In this document: piece after piece, positions 9,712 to 19,170 of the stretch
How positions within the stretch are numbered: the first letter of the stretch is position 1
Layout: each line of letters starts with the position of its first letter
Assembly: GCA_002335405.1 (NCBI GenBank)
Contig: DCWM01000054.1
Span: forward strand, 1 to 35,192
Length of the DNA stretch: 35,192 bases
Direction: 5' to 3'
From: Dehalococcoidia bacterium UBA2162
GTDB taxonomy: Bacteria; Chloroflexota; Dehalococcoidia; Dehalococcoidales; UBA2162
Position numbers and translations under genes: made by a program
The notes under the pieces: generated by a model
The model's input: only the letters and a program-made list of their open reading frames with translations
What the model was told of the DNA's origin: nothing
The model's database searches: none

Positions 9712-10263
9712 ATGAGCACCAAAGTTAGCCGTGTACGCTCGTCGGAACAGGCTCAGGCACCAGTCCATTCGGACCGTTTTCAGCGATGCCTAAACGCAGC
9801 CGTACGTTATCTGAGCTACCGTCCCCGTGGTGAAGCCGAATTGAGAGAAAGGCTGACACAACGTGGTTTTACTGGAGAGCTTCAAGACGCCGTAATCAAT
9901 AAGTTAAGCAAGCAGGGATTAGTAAATGACGCCGCTTTTGCTCAATTCTGGAAAGATAATAGGGAATCATTTCGCCCGCGCAGTCAGTGGTTAACCGGAC
10001 TTGAGTTAAGACAAAAGGGCGTCGCTAACGAAATTATCGACCGGGTAGTCGATACCATAAACGATGAGGCTAATGCTTATCGAGTCGCTCTGAGCAAAGC
10101 CAGACATCTGTCCGGTGCCGATTATCCAAGCTTCCGTCGTAAATTGGGGGGCTACCTCTATCGTCGGGGGTTCAGTCCCAATATAATAAAAAGTACCCTG
10201 AAACAAATATGGCAAGATCGGGAAGACACAGCTAAAACAATATCTCAACCTGATTCACAATAG
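9712..10263 (+). CDS. recX: RecX regulatory protein
   Basis: [29 protein letters not shown] and YLYRRGF; directly downstream of recA. The start could be GTG 9703 or ATG 9712. Confidence 0.9.
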   Translation: MSTKVSRVRSSEQAQAPVHSDRFQRCLNAAVRYLSYRPRGEAELRERLTQRGFTGELQDAVINKLSKQGLVNDAAFAQFWKDNRESFRPRSQWLTGLELRQKGVANEIIDRVVDTINDEANAYRVALSKARHLSGADYPSFRRKLGGYLYRRGFSPNIIKSTLKQIWQDREDTAKTISQPDSQ

Positions 10264-10279
10264 AAAAGGAGGTGAGAAA

Positions 10280-11827
10280 ATGGAAAATCCAGGATTAATC
10301 TATTATATCGCATTAATTGCGGTTCTTATCATCGGTGTCATCTTGGGCGGTGGGATTGTCTTCTTCTTCCGCTACATGGCAATTACTCGTCAGCTACGAG
10401 TAGCTCAGCGGAAGGCGGCTCGAACCATCGCCGAAGCCAAAGAAGAGACCAAAAATTCACTCACCGAGGCAAAGCAAGAAGCCGAGAAAATCAAAATCAC
10501 GGCGGAGAGAGAATACCACCAGCGACGCGGCGAACTACAACGGGAAGAGAGTCGTTTATCCTCTAATATGGAAGCCCTAACCCGCCGCTTGGAAAACATC
10601 GACCAGCGAGAGCACAACCTGACGAACAAAGAACAAGAGGGCGAATCCATTCGCGTTGAATTAGCGAGTATTAAAGAACAGCAATTGAAGCAGTTAGAGT
10701 TGATTGCCAAGATGACCACTACTGAAGCCAAGCAACTCTTGATGGAGAGAGTCGAGGTTGAAGCTCAGGAGGAAACCGCCAGACGTCTGCGAGAATGGGA
10801 AACCAAACTAAAGGAGGAAACGGATAAGAAAGCCCAGGACATTTTGTCTCAGGCGATTCAGCGCTCCGCTTCCGAAATAACGGCCGAGACCACTGTGTCG
10901 AGCGTCTCCATACCCAATGACGAGATGAAGGGTCGGCTCATCGGACGCGAGGGCCGCAACATTAGAGCACTGGAACAAGCGACAGGTGTTGACCTGATTA
11001 TTGACGATACCCCAGAGACAGTGACCCTGTCGAGCTTCGACCAGGTAAGACGTGAAGTAGCCCGCCTTTCCTTAACCAAGCTCGTCCTCGATGGCCGTAT
11101 CCACCCGGCGCGTATCGAAGAAGTAGTTGCTAAGGCCAAGGAGGAAGTCGATACCATCATCGACAAGGCAGGTGAACAGGCCGCCATTGAGGTGGGGGTG
11201 CAGGGACTACGGCCGGAATTACTCCACTTACTAGGTCGTTTGAAGTACCGCACCAGCTATGGGCAGAATGTCCTCGACCATAGTATCGAGTCTGCCTACC
11301 TAGCAGGCATGATTGCCAGCGAATTAGGCGCCAGTGTCTCCATCGCCAGGAAAGCCGGTCTACTTCATGACATTGGCAAAGCCGTTGACCGCGAGGTAGA
11401 GGGCACACATGCCCAAATTGGAGCAGATCTGGTAAAACAATGGGAAAAATCGACCGAGGTAGTTCAAGGCATTGCGGAACACCACCTAGAGACCAGTAAC
11501 ACCAGCTTTTGGGGCTATATTATCTCGGCGGCTGACGCTATCAGCGGCGCCCGACCTAGCGCCAGGCATGAGTCACTAGATTCTTACTTGAAACGACTGA
11601 AGGCTCTGGAGGACATCGCCAATGGATTCAATGGTGTAGAAAAATCCTTTGCCATTCAGGCAGGTAGAGAAATCCGCATTCTAGTTAAACCGGAACAGAT
11701 TGATGACCTTGAGGCAATGAGGCTGGCCCGAGACATCGTGAAAAAGATCGAGGAAGGACTACAGTATCCGGGTCAGGTCAAGATTACCGTCATTAGAGAG
11801 ACCAGAGCCATAGACTATGCAAAATAG
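10280..11827 (+). CDS. rny: Ribonuclease Y
   Basis: N-terminal TM helix, coiled coil, KH motif [16 protein letters not shown] motif LLHDIGK and the C-terminal [15 protein letters not shown]. Confidence 0.97.
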   Translation: MENPGLIYYIALIAVLIIGVILGGGIVFFFRYMAITRQLRVAQRKAARTIAEAKEETKNSLTEAKQEAEKIKITAEREYHQRRGELQREESRLSSNMEALTRRLENIDQREHNLTNKEQEGESIRVELASIKEQQLKQLELIAKMTTTEAKQLLMERVEVEAQEETARRLREWETKLKEETDKKAQDILSQAIQRSASEITAETTVSSVSIPNDEMKGRLIGREGRNIRALEQATGVDLIIDDTPETVTLSSFDQVRREVARLSLTKLVLDGRIHPARIEEVVAKAKEEVDTIIDKAGEQAAIEVGVQGLRPELLHLLGRLKYRTSYGQNVLDHSIESAYLAGMIASELGASVSIARKAGLLHDIGKAVDREVEGTHAQIGADLVKQWEKSTEVVQGIAEHHLETSNTSFWGYIISAADAISGARPSARHESLDSYLKRLKALEDIANGFNGVEKSFAIQAGREIRILVKPEQIDDLEAMRLARDIVKKIEEGLQYPGQVKITVIRETRAIDYAK

Positions 11828-11883
11828 GAGGTCCCAATAAGGGGATTCTTAAACAAGGTGCTTCCCCTTACTTAAGAAGTCTG

Positions 11884-12651
11884 ATGTTAATCTTAGTTGT
11901 TGGCGACATCGTAGGCAGTCCGGGCCGACGTACCGTAAGTAAGCTCATACCGGGCTTACGCCAAGAGTACGGAGTAGACCTCGTCATCGCTAACGCGGAG
12001 AATGCCGCCGGCGGTTTCGGAGTAACTTCAGAAACAGCTCAGGAACTTTTCGATGCCGATGTTGATGTCTTAACCTCAGGCAACCATATCTGGGCACAGA
12101 GAGAGATCTTCCCTTATCTCGATAGCGAAATGCCGATATTGCGCCCGCTCAATTATCCGCCCAGTGTCCCCGGCCGAGGCCATATCAGCAAAGATGGGGT
12201 ACTGGTAGTCAACCTCATTGGCCGAACTTTTATCGGCAGTTTTGACTGCCCTTTCCAAACCATAGATAAACTCCTTACCGAGCTTAAACCCAAGCCGCCA
12301 ATCATCATCGTAGACTTTCACGCTGAGGCGACATCAGAGAAGATGGCTATGGGACGGTACCTTGACGGTCGAGTCAGTGCCATACTGGGTACTCATACCC
12401 ATGTTGGAACCATCGATGCCCAAGTATTCCCTCAAGGCTCAGCTTATGTCACTGACATTGGTATGGTCGGCCCGATTGATTCTATCATTGGCGACGACAC
12501 CGAATCAGTATTACAGCGCTTTCTCACGGCGATGCCACATCGTTTGTCCGTTGGTCACGGCAAAACAATGTTGAATGCCATCAGCGTGAGGGTCGATGAC
12601 CAAACTGGCAAGGCATTAGGTATTGAACGAATCTACCGAGAAGTGAGCTAA
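11884..12651 (+). CDS. ymdB: YmdB-like (TIGR00282) metallophosphoesterase
   Basis: GDIVG, NAEN, SGNH, DFHAEATSEK, GTHTHV and TDIGMVGP; follows rny as in the conserved rny-ymdB pair. Confidence 0.93.
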   Translation: MLILVVGDIVGSPGRRTVSKLIPGLRQEYGVDLVIANAENAAGGFGVTSETAQELFDADVDVLTSGNHIWAQREIFPYLDSEMPILRPLNYPPSVPGRGHISKDGVLVVNLIGRTFIGSFDCPFQTIDKLLTELKPKPPIIIVDFHAEATSEKMAMGRYLDGRVSAILGTHTHVGTIDAQVFPQGSAYVTDIGMVGPIDSIIGDDTESVLQRFLTAMPHRLSVGHGKTMLNAISVRVDDQTGKALGIERIYREVS

Positions 12652-12653
12652 TC

Positions 12654-13487
12654 ATGTCGAAGGTAGACCTCCATATCCACTCTACAGCCTCAGATGGCCA
12701 GCTCAGCCCAGCGGGGGTTGTCTGTAAGGCAGCTGAGACCGGGCTAACGGTGATTGCCTTGACCGACCACGACACCGTGGATGGTATTCCACCGGCGCTA
12801 GAGACTGCCAAAACCTTCCCCACGTTGACTGTAATACCGGGCGTTGAGATTAACACCGATGTCGCTGAGGGAGAAGCTCATATTCTCGGCTACTTCGTCG
12901 ATTACCACCACCCTGAGTTACTGGCAGCCCTAGCTAAACTACGCGACTCACGGCAGAAACGAGCCCAGCGGATGATTACCAAACTAAGAAATCTCGGCCT
13001 ACCCGTCGATTGGGAACGAGTCAAAGAAATTACCGGCACCGGCTCCATCGGCCGTCCGCACATTGCCCAAGCTATGCTGGAAAAAGGCTACATCACCTCG
13101 TTCAAAGAGGCTTTCACCAGATACATCGGCTGGGGTGGCCCTGCCTATGTCGAGAGAGAGAAAGTTGCTCCAGATGAGGCCACGCGACTGATATTACGCG
13201 CCAACGGCTTACCTGTGTTGGCCCACCCCTTCACCGTGACCAACCCGCAAACGATAATTCTCGAACTCAAGGCGAGCGGCCTAGTCGGCATTGAAGTTTA
13301 CTACAACAATTATACTGCCGAAGAAATTAAGAAACTAGTTAGCCTGGCCGATAAGTATCACCTGATTACTACCGGCGGCAGCGACTACCACGGTCCCGAC
13401 ATAAACGACGGGACCACCATCGGGAGCGCTGATGTGCCGCTAGAATCAGCTGAACAGCTTCTGGCCTTAGCGAAACACTCTCGCTAA
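12654..13487 (+). CDS. PHP-domain phosphoesterase (YciV/TrpH-like)
   Basis: DLHIHSTASDG, TDHDT, PGVE, GRPHIA, LAHP and GGSDYHG. Confidence 0.92.
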   Translation: MSKVDLHIHSTASDGQLSPAGVVCKAAETGLTVIALTDHDTVDGIPPALETAKTFPTLTVIPGVEINTDVAEGEAHILGYFVDYHHPELLAALAKLRDSRQKRAQRMITKLRNLGLPVDWERVKEITGTGSIGRPHIAQAMLEKGYITSFKEAFTRYIGWGGPAYVEREKVAPDEATRLILRANGLPVLAHPFTVTNPQTIILELKASGLVGIEVYYNNYTAEEIKKLVSLADKYHLITTGGSDYHGPDINDGTTIGSADVPLESAEQLLALAKHSR

Positions 13488-13526
13488 GTCGGGACACGAC
13501 CAGCCAGTCTATAAGGAGACAAATTT

Positions 13527-14249
13527 ACGGTTATTGAATTCATCTCTCTAATTTTAGGTGCCTACCTTCTGGGTTCCGTGCCCACGGCTTATCTCATTGC
13601 TAGGTGGACGCGGGGAATTGATATCCGACAATACGGCAGTGGTAATGTTGGTGCCGCCAATATTTCCGCCGTAATTTCCGGGCGGTGGACGATCCCGGTA
13701 ACTATTTTTGACCTCGGCAAAGGGATGCTGGTGGTTTATCTCGCCAGATTAACTGGCCTCGATGTTTACCAGCAAGTCCTGATAGGCATCGCGGCTATCA
13801 TTGGACATAACTGGCCAATTTTTCTCCGCTTTAGTGGTGGCCGAGGTATTCTAACGACCGCGGGCGTAATTTTCGGTCTAGCTCCGTGGTTAGCACTGGC
13901 CATAATCATCGTCACTCTTCTTTTTGCCCCCTTCCGGCAACTACCCCTGGGGGCGTTACTGGTATTAGCGACGGCACCACTATGTAGCTGGTTCCACGCT
14001 CAGACATTCAGGATTGAGCAGCCGCTACCCATCACCCTAGGGTGTGTCATTATATTCCTACTCGTCGTCATTAGGCGTCTCACCGTATCACGAACCAAAC
14101 TCAGTACCTTAACACCCACAAGAGAGCTAGTAATGAACCGCCTGCTCTTCGACCGAGACATTAAAGACCGAAAGGCATGGATGGAACGAACTCCACTCAA
14201 GGTAACCTCGACAGAAAAACCGCTAGACTTATCCGCCAAAAAGAAGTAG
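13527..14249 (+). CDS. plsY: Glycerol-3-phosphate acyltransferase PlsY (apparent non-canonical ACG start)
   Basis: DIRQYGSGNVGAAN, DLGKG and GHNWPIFL.FSGGRG. The frame extends upstream of GTG 13578 through (M)VIEFISLILGAYLLGSVP to ACG 13527, 8 nt after AAGGAG. An in-frame TAA sits at 13512. Confidence 0.9.
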   Translation, partial: TVIEFISLILGAYLLGSVPTAYLIARWTRGIDIRQYGSGNVGAANISAVISGRWTIPVTIFDLGKGMLVVYLARLTGLDVYQQVLIGIAAIIGHNWPIFLRFSGGRGILTTAGVIFGLAPWLALAIIIVTLLFAPFRQLPLGALLVLATAPLCSWFHAQTFRIEQPLPITLGCVIIFLLVVIRRLTVSRTKLSTLTPTRELVMNRLLFDRDIKDRKAWMERTPLKVTSTEKPLDLSAKKK

Positions 14250-14327
14250 AATAGAACAAGTTAATGATGAGGACTGATGTACGTGGCAGTTAACGTGTCG
14301 ATAGCAACCACTGCAATGATGGACAAA

Positions 14328-14360
14328 AAAGCACCGCCTTAAATAGTACGGTGCTTTCTT
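14328..14360 (+). terminator. Intrinsic terminator-like hairpin (possibly bidirectional)
   Basis: AAAGCACCG-N12-CGGTGCTTT followed by CTT, with an A-run before the stem. Confidence 0.6.
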
Positions 14361-14377
14361 GATTAAGGAGGTAGATT

Positions 14378-14641
14378 ATGCAGTCGAGCCTCATTGGTAA
14401 AATCGAAAAAGCCAAACGTTATGCTCAAGAGAAAAGACGAGCCACCTTTACCGAATTTACCGTACAATTCCGCGGAGATAATGACACCTATCGCACCAGC
14501 TACAAAGACGGCAAGTGGCATTGCTCCTGCCACTTTTTCTCAAGCTGGGGACTCTGCTGTCATACCATGGCGATGGAAAAAATGTTGGGCGATATGCTGC
14601 CTGAAGAGGCTCTCGCGATACCGCTTGATACCGCCCATTAG
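14378..14641 (+). CDS. Small conserved-looking protein with SWIM-type Zn finger
   Basis: Strong SD (TAAGGAGG) and a W.CSC..F....LCCH (CxC...CxH) motif. Confidence 0.75.
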   Translation: MQSSLIGKIEKAKRYAQEKRRATFTEFTVQFRGDNDTYRTSYKDGKWHCSCHFFSSWGLCCHTMAMEKMLGDMLPEEALAIPLDTAH

Positions 14642-14680
14642 AATTAACTAAATAGCTACCTCGACGGCAAATTCCCTTAG

Positions 14681-16015
14681 CTACTTTATCAAACCAAGAA
14701 ACCGAGCTCGCTCAATCGCCCCAGCAACAACAAACAGCGAGCCGGTCACGCAAATAAGATCCCGCGGTCCGGCCAGACTTAACGCCAGTGACAGAGCTAC
14801 AGAAATATTTTCGGCCACCATCGTGTCTACTCCTTGCCGATGAAACTCGGCCACCACCGGAGCCGTCGGTAACGCCCGCGGATGAACCGAGTGGGTAACA
14901 ATAACCTGGTCAAAGAAAGTCGCCAATTCCGAGATTATACCAACTAGATCCTTGTCGACCGAGACCCCGATAATCAAAATAGTTCGGTCGAACTTAAAGT
15001 ACTCCTTAAGATTCTGCCGCAACTTACCGGCTGAGTCAGTGTTATGAGCGCCATCGACGACAAGCAGGGGCCGGCGGCTGAGAACTTGAAGTCGTCCCGG
15101 CCAATCCACTTTAGCCAGACCCCCAGTAATACTCTCCCTAGAGACATGAAAACCCCTTTCGCCGAGAACTTCAAGAGCCGCTACCGCCACAGCGGCATTC
15201 TCGAGCTGGTACCGACCCAAGAGGGGAATGGTCAAATCATAACTCTCCAACCGACCTCGCACCCGCAACAACTGCTGATTGGCCTCACAACCGAGACACT
15301 GCCAGGTGACATCCTGTCCAACTTTAATCAATTTCGCCTTATTTCTCCGGCAGGTCTGCTCAAATACCTGATTAACTTCATCCGCCTGGGGCACGGTGAC
15401 TACTATACTATTCGGTTTAATAATACCCGCCTTCTCCGCGGCAATTTGAGGTAGGGTATTGCCCAGTACTTCCATATGGTCAAAGCTAATCGAAGTGATA
15501 ACGCAGACCTCCGGTTGGACAACATTGGTAGCATCCAGTCGTCCTCCTAACCCCACCTCGATTACCTGAAAATCTACCCCTTTCGACTTAAAGTAGTCAA
15601 AACCGAGAGCCGTAGTCACCTCAAAAGTAGTCAACCGGCCGTAGGTAGCTTTCTCATTGACAACCTCGACCTCGGGCTTAAGCTTCTCGACCAAGGCAAC
15701 AACTTCTTCGTTAGTAATTAGTCTATCATCAATCCGAATACGCTCTTTATAGGTATGCAGGTGAGGTGAAGTGTAAAGTCCCGTGATATAGCCGGAAGTA
15801 ACGAGGACGGACGCCATCATTGTTGCCACACTACCCTTACCCTTAGTGCCAGCGATATGTACCGTCCTAGCCGCCAGATGCGGGTTGCCGAGCCGAACCA
15901 AAAGTTCGGCCGTGCGCCTCAGGTCATAACGAGCTGATTCGTGTGGTCGAAACTGTCGCTCGTAATCGATGAAGCTCTCGATATAGTCTAAAGCCTGCTG
16001 ATAAGCAGTATCCAC
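14681..16015 (-). CDS. folC: Folylpolyglutamate/dihydrofolate synthase
   Basis: HIAGTKGKGS, YTSPHL, EVGLGGRLDATN, DHMEVLG..L..IA.EKAGI, WPGRL, DGAHN and TGSLF. Confidence 0.97.
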   Translation of the reverse strand: MDTAYQQALDYIESFIDYERQFRPHESARYDLRRTAELLVRLGNPHLAARTVHIAGTKGKGSVATMMASVLVTSGYITGLYTSPHLHTYKERIRIDDRLITNEEVVALVEKLKPEVEVVNEKATYGRLTTFEVTTALGFDYFKSKGVDFQVIEVGLGGRLDATNVVQPEVCVITSISFDHMEVLGNTLPQIAAEKAGIIKPNSIVVTVPQADEVNQVFEQTCRRNKAKLIKVGQDVTWQCLGCEANQQLLRVRGRLESYDLTIPLLGRYQLENAAVAVAALEVLGERGFHVSRESITGGLAKVDWPGRLQVLSRRPLLVVDGAHNTDSAGKLRQNLKEYFKFDRTILIIGVSVDKDLVGIISELATFFDQVIVTHSVHPRALPTAPVVAEFHRQGVDTMVAENISVALSLALSLAGPRDLICVTGSLFVVAGAIERARFLGLIK

Positions 16016-16051
16016 GGGCTGACTCTCTTTCTGCCCCAGCGATAGTCAGGA

Positions 16052-16080
16052 ATTATACCGCTGTTGCTAACACTCAACAA
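16052..16080 (-). promoter_or_regulatory. Sigma70 promoter for folC (TTGTTG-N17-TATAAT)
   Basis: Read on the minus strand about 35 nt upstream of the GTG start. Confidence 0.55.
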
Positions 16081-16236
16081 CCAAAGACAAGAACGGTATC
16101 ATTAGCCAAGACCTGCTGGACAAGGTTTACTCTCACTCGACCACTGTGATAGTATATTTTAACATATTTACTACAATCGGCTCTCGGAAATACGTTTTTA
16201 GGTAGCAGGGGACTTATACCTCAAAGGGAGATTATC

Positions 16237-17277
16237 ATGAGTAAGGCCAAAGTGGGCATCATCAATGTCACCGGCTACGCCGGGGTTGAGCTAGCGAGAT
16301 TACTCTACCAGCATCCCGGGATTCAACTTACTTCAGTTACCGGCCGGAGTGCCACCGGACAAAAGCTGGGTAAAGTTTTCCCTCACCTATCAAGATTAGA
16401 CCTGACCCTCACCGCCGAGTTGGGGAAGGTCGATCTAGTCTTTTCCGCCCTACCCCACAAAGAGAGCGCCAAAGAATGTATCCCTCTTATTCAGCGTGGC
16501 GTTAAAGTGGTGGATATAAGCGCCGATTTCCGACTGAAGGACCCTGCTGCCTACCCCACCTGGTACGACTTTAGCCACCCCGCCCCAGAACTACTCAAAC
16601 AGGCGGTCTTCGGCCTAACCGAACTCTATCAGTCCCAAATTACTTCGGCCCAACTAGTGGCTAACCCTGGCTGTTTCCCAACCAGTGCCATTCTGGCTTT
16701 AGCCCCCGCCCTCAAGGCAAACATCATTGAACCAGATATTATTATTGACAGCAAGTCCGGGATCTCTGGAGCTGGCCGCACCCTCAGCCCAAGCACCCAT
16801 TTCTCCGAGGCTAATGAAAACGTTTCCGCCTATGCCTTAGACGGACACCGCCACCTACCAGAAATAACCCAGGAATTAAATCTTCTCAGCCCAAAACAGC
16901 CAGTAAAGACGACCTTTATCCCCCACCTCATCCCGATGACGCGGGGCATACTAACGACTGCCTACGCCAACCTTCGGTCAAGCAAAATAGCAAGCGGCCA
17001 AAAAGGAAAGGACGAGATCATGAGTCTTTACCGAACCTTCTACGAAGGGATGCCCTTTACCAAGGTAGTTGATTCCCCACCACACACTAAGTACACCCTA
17101 GGCAACAACAACTGCCTCATCCACCCAACCACTGACTACAGTGGCGAAAAACTCGTCGTCATTAGCTGTCTGGATAACCTGGTAAAGGGTGCCGCCGGTC
17201 AAGCCATTGAGAATATGAACCTCATGCTCGGTTTACCCGAAAGCATGGGGCTAGAAGCCCCGGCACTCTACCCGTGA
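16237..17277 (+). CDS. argC: N-acetyl-gamma-glutamyl-phosphate reductase
   Basis: TGYAGVEL, SADFRL, ANPGCFPT, SGISGAGR, HRHLPEI and DNLVKGAAGQA. Confidence 0.97.
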   Translation: MSKAKVGIINVTGYAGVELARLLYQHPGIQLTSVTGRSATGQKLGKVFPHLSRLDLTLTAELGKVDLVFSALPHKESAKECIPLIQRGVKVVDISADFRLKDPAAYPTWYDFSHPAPELLKQAVFGLTELYQSQITSAQLVANPGCFPTSAILALAPALKANIIEPDIIIDSKSGISGAGRTLSPSTHFSEANENVSAYALDGHRHLPEITQELNLLSPKQPVKTTFIPHLIPMTRGILTTAYANLRSSKIASGQKGKDEIMSLYRTFYEGMPFTKVVDSPPHTKYTLGNNNCLIHPTTDYSGEKLVVISCLDNLVKGAAGQAIENMNLMLGLPESMGLEAPALYP

Positions 17278-17440
17278 TAACCCCTCACCCTTAGTATATA
17301 GTCCAGACACTAGTTTTAGCGAGATTACCCCAAGATAAATTCCATTTGACAGGCTGTTTTATACTATGCTAGGGTTGAGTTAGCTAGCTAAGTTAACTAA
17401 GATATAAGAGAGCATCTAACCCAAAAAGAGGAGGATACAA

Positions 17441-17707
17441 ATGCTAGACCATGGGAAGGTGGAAACAGTATTAGATAAGGTTCGACCCATGCTGACACGC
17501 GACGGAGGCGATGTCGAATTGGTTGGCATTAATGACGGCACAGTTCAAGTAAAATTAACCGGTGCCTGCGGTAGCTGCCCGATGTCAACTATGACTTTAA
17601 AGATGGGTATTGAGCGATTTCTGAAGCAAGAAATTCCGGAAATAAAAGAGGTCGTAGCGGTAGCACCTGGCGATGAAGACCTGCAGGGAACCGCCGAGGG
17701 GAAATAA
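17441..17707 (+). CDS. NifU C-terminal (Nfu) Fe-S carrier protein
   Basis: [13 protein letters not shown] and [18 protein letters not shown]; GAGGAGG SD. Confidence 0.92.
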   Translation: MLDHGKVETVLDKVRPMLTRDGGDVELVGINDGTVQVKLTGACGSCPMSTMTLKMGIERFLKQEIPEIKEVVAVAPGDEDLQGTAEGK

Positions 17708-17799
17708 GACCCATCAACTCATGCGGTAATAGTGTTTAATACGGTGATGACATTGTCACCACCGCAGCTATTGTCGGATAAGGCCTGCGGATGGGACGA

Positions 17800-18411
17800 C
17801 TACCCAAGGTAACGTAACAAGGTTTCCCAACCCCACACCATCGCAAAAACCAGAACAACAAACTTCAGGCTCTTACCCAACCAGCCGATGAGTAAAAATT
17901 TCCACAGAGGATACCTGATGGCACCGGCAATAACACCAGCGAGATCAAAGACAAGTAACGGGGTTGCGGCAAAGACGAAGATAGTCCAAGCTCCCCACCG
18001 CCACATCCACCTCTCGACACGGTTATACATACGGCCACTATTGACTATATTAACCATACCGCGCCCGCCATAACCGGCCATATACCCCGAAATCTCGCCG
18101 ATGATACCACCAGTGGAGGCAGCCAGCGCCACTAGGACCGGGTTCAAGGCGACTACCAGCGGAAAAAGAACCAGCACCCCCGGCACCGGTAAAATGAGCG
18201 TGGCGCTGCTCAGTAGACTAATAATAAAGACCCCCAGGTAGCCAAAATTAGCCAGTTCTTCGACCTTGTCGGGATAACGTTGGACAATAAAGAAGAGGCC
18301 AACACTAGTAATGATAACTACAAGAAGTATCAAAAAAGAAACGGCCCGCTTTACTGGCTGGCTCTTCTTCACTTCGGCTTGATTGCTTTCGGTAGTCATA
18401 TTTTCAATCAT
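17800..18411 (-). CDS. DedA/VTT (SNARE-associated) membrane protein
   Basis: LPVPG, GEISGYMAGYGG, FDLAGVIAG and GKSLK; mostly hydrophobic. Confidence 0.85.
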   Translation of the reverse strand: MIENMTTESNQAEVKKSQPVKRAVSFLILLVVIITSVGLFFIVQRYPDKVEELANFGYLGVFIISLLSSATLILPVPGVLVLFPLVVALNPVLVALAASTGGIIGEISGYMAGYGGRGMVNIVNSGRMYNRVERWMWRWGAWTIFVFAATPLLVFDLAGVIAGAIRYPLWKFLLIGWLGKSLKFVVLVFAMVWGWETLLRYLG

Positions 18412-18415
18412 AGCC

Positions 18416-18444
18416 TTGTCGGATAGCTACCCCTCTGCTATACT
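18416..18444 (+). promoter_or_regulatory. Promoter of tRNA-Glu (TTGTCG-N17-TATACT, extended TGn)
   Basis: The -10 ends 10 nt before the tRNA 5' end. Confidence 0.6.
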
Positions 18445-18454
18445 CTACGGGTGT

Positions 18455-18527
18455 GCCCCCATCGTCTAGAGGCCTAGGACAGCACCCTTTCAAGGTGTAG
18501 ACAGGGATTCGAATTCCCTTGGGGGTA
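18455..18527 (+). tRNA. tRNA-Glu (TTC)
   Basis: Acceptor GCCCCCA/TGGGGGT, anticodon arm GCACC-CTTTCAA-GGTGT, T-loop TTCGAAT; CCA not encoded. Confidence 0.97.
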
Positions 18528-18537
18528 TTCTAAATAC

Positions 18538-19011
18538 TCAGAGTCTCCCTTTTAGCTGCTGATAGGTTTCGTCTAAGACCTCCGGCACTACCCTCGCCTC
18601 AGCGATGACCGGCATGAAGTTAGTATCACCCTGCCAGCGAGGAACAATATGCGTATGGATGTGGTCCTCGATACCGGCGCCGGCAACCTTACCGATATTT
18701 ATCCCGACATTAAAGCCACCGGGGTTAAATACCTCACGCAGAACCTTGATACCCCGGCTAACAATAGTGATATGCTCGTGGAGCTCCTCATCGCTAAGAG
18801 CTTCCAGGCCGACCACATGCCGATAGGGGACAACCATTAAGTGACCAGGATTATAGGGATAACTATTCATTATGACAAAGTTCCCCACCCCACGATAGAG
18901 GAGAAAGTTGGCCGTATCGTTAGTCTCCCCAGGTTTCCCACACAGAATACATCCTGTAGGTTTCTTCAACCGGATATACTCCATGCGCCACGGCGCCCAA
19001 AGCATTTTCAT
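18538..19011 (-). CDS. HIT-family hydrolase (Ap4A phosphorylase/FHIT-like)
   Basis: LWAPWRMEYI, CILC, YPYNPGH, AGAGI and the histidine triad HIHTHIVPRW.GD.NF. Confidence 0.93.
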   Translation of the reverse strand: MKMLWAPWRMEYIRLKKPTGCILCGKPGETNDTANFLLYRGVGNFVIMNSYPYNPGHLMVVPYRHVVGLEALSDEELHEHITIVSRGIKVLREVFNPGGFNVGINIGKVAGAGIEDHIHTHIVPRWQGDTNFMPVIAEARVVPEVLDETYQQLKGRL

Positions 19012-19043
19012 CCGTTTCTCCTCGCTCCTAATCAGTTATCACT

Positions 19044-19072
19044 ATTATAGTAAATACCCCTCTGAGCGTCAA
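19044..19072 (-). promoter_or_regulatory. Sigma70 promoter for the HIT gene (TTGACG-N17-TATAAT)
   Basis: Near-consensus hexamers on the minus strand, followed by an AGGAG SD. Confidence 0.75.
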
Positions 19073-19170
19073 AGGACTGTACTCGTTTACAACTCTTTTT
19101 CAAAGGTCCGTCTTGGTTTGGAAATTTCGGTTGCAAAAAATACGGCCATCCCCTATATTTACAAGCATAG

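Noticed and set aside
11838-11870. TAAGGGGA/TCCCCTTA inverted repeat between rny and ymdB
   Set aside because: An 8-bp stem with a long loop, no U-tract and no second copy seen; the function is unsupported.
13527-13529. Link between the ACG start of plsY and the ACG-decoding tRNA-Thr(CGT)
   Set aside because: Initiation uses fMet-tRNA, so this is a coincidence.
17742-17764. CGGTGATGACATTGTCACCACCG palindrome between convergent nfu and dedA
   Set aside because: Probably an ordinary 3'-end hairpin; it lacks a U-tract, so it is not called as a terminator.
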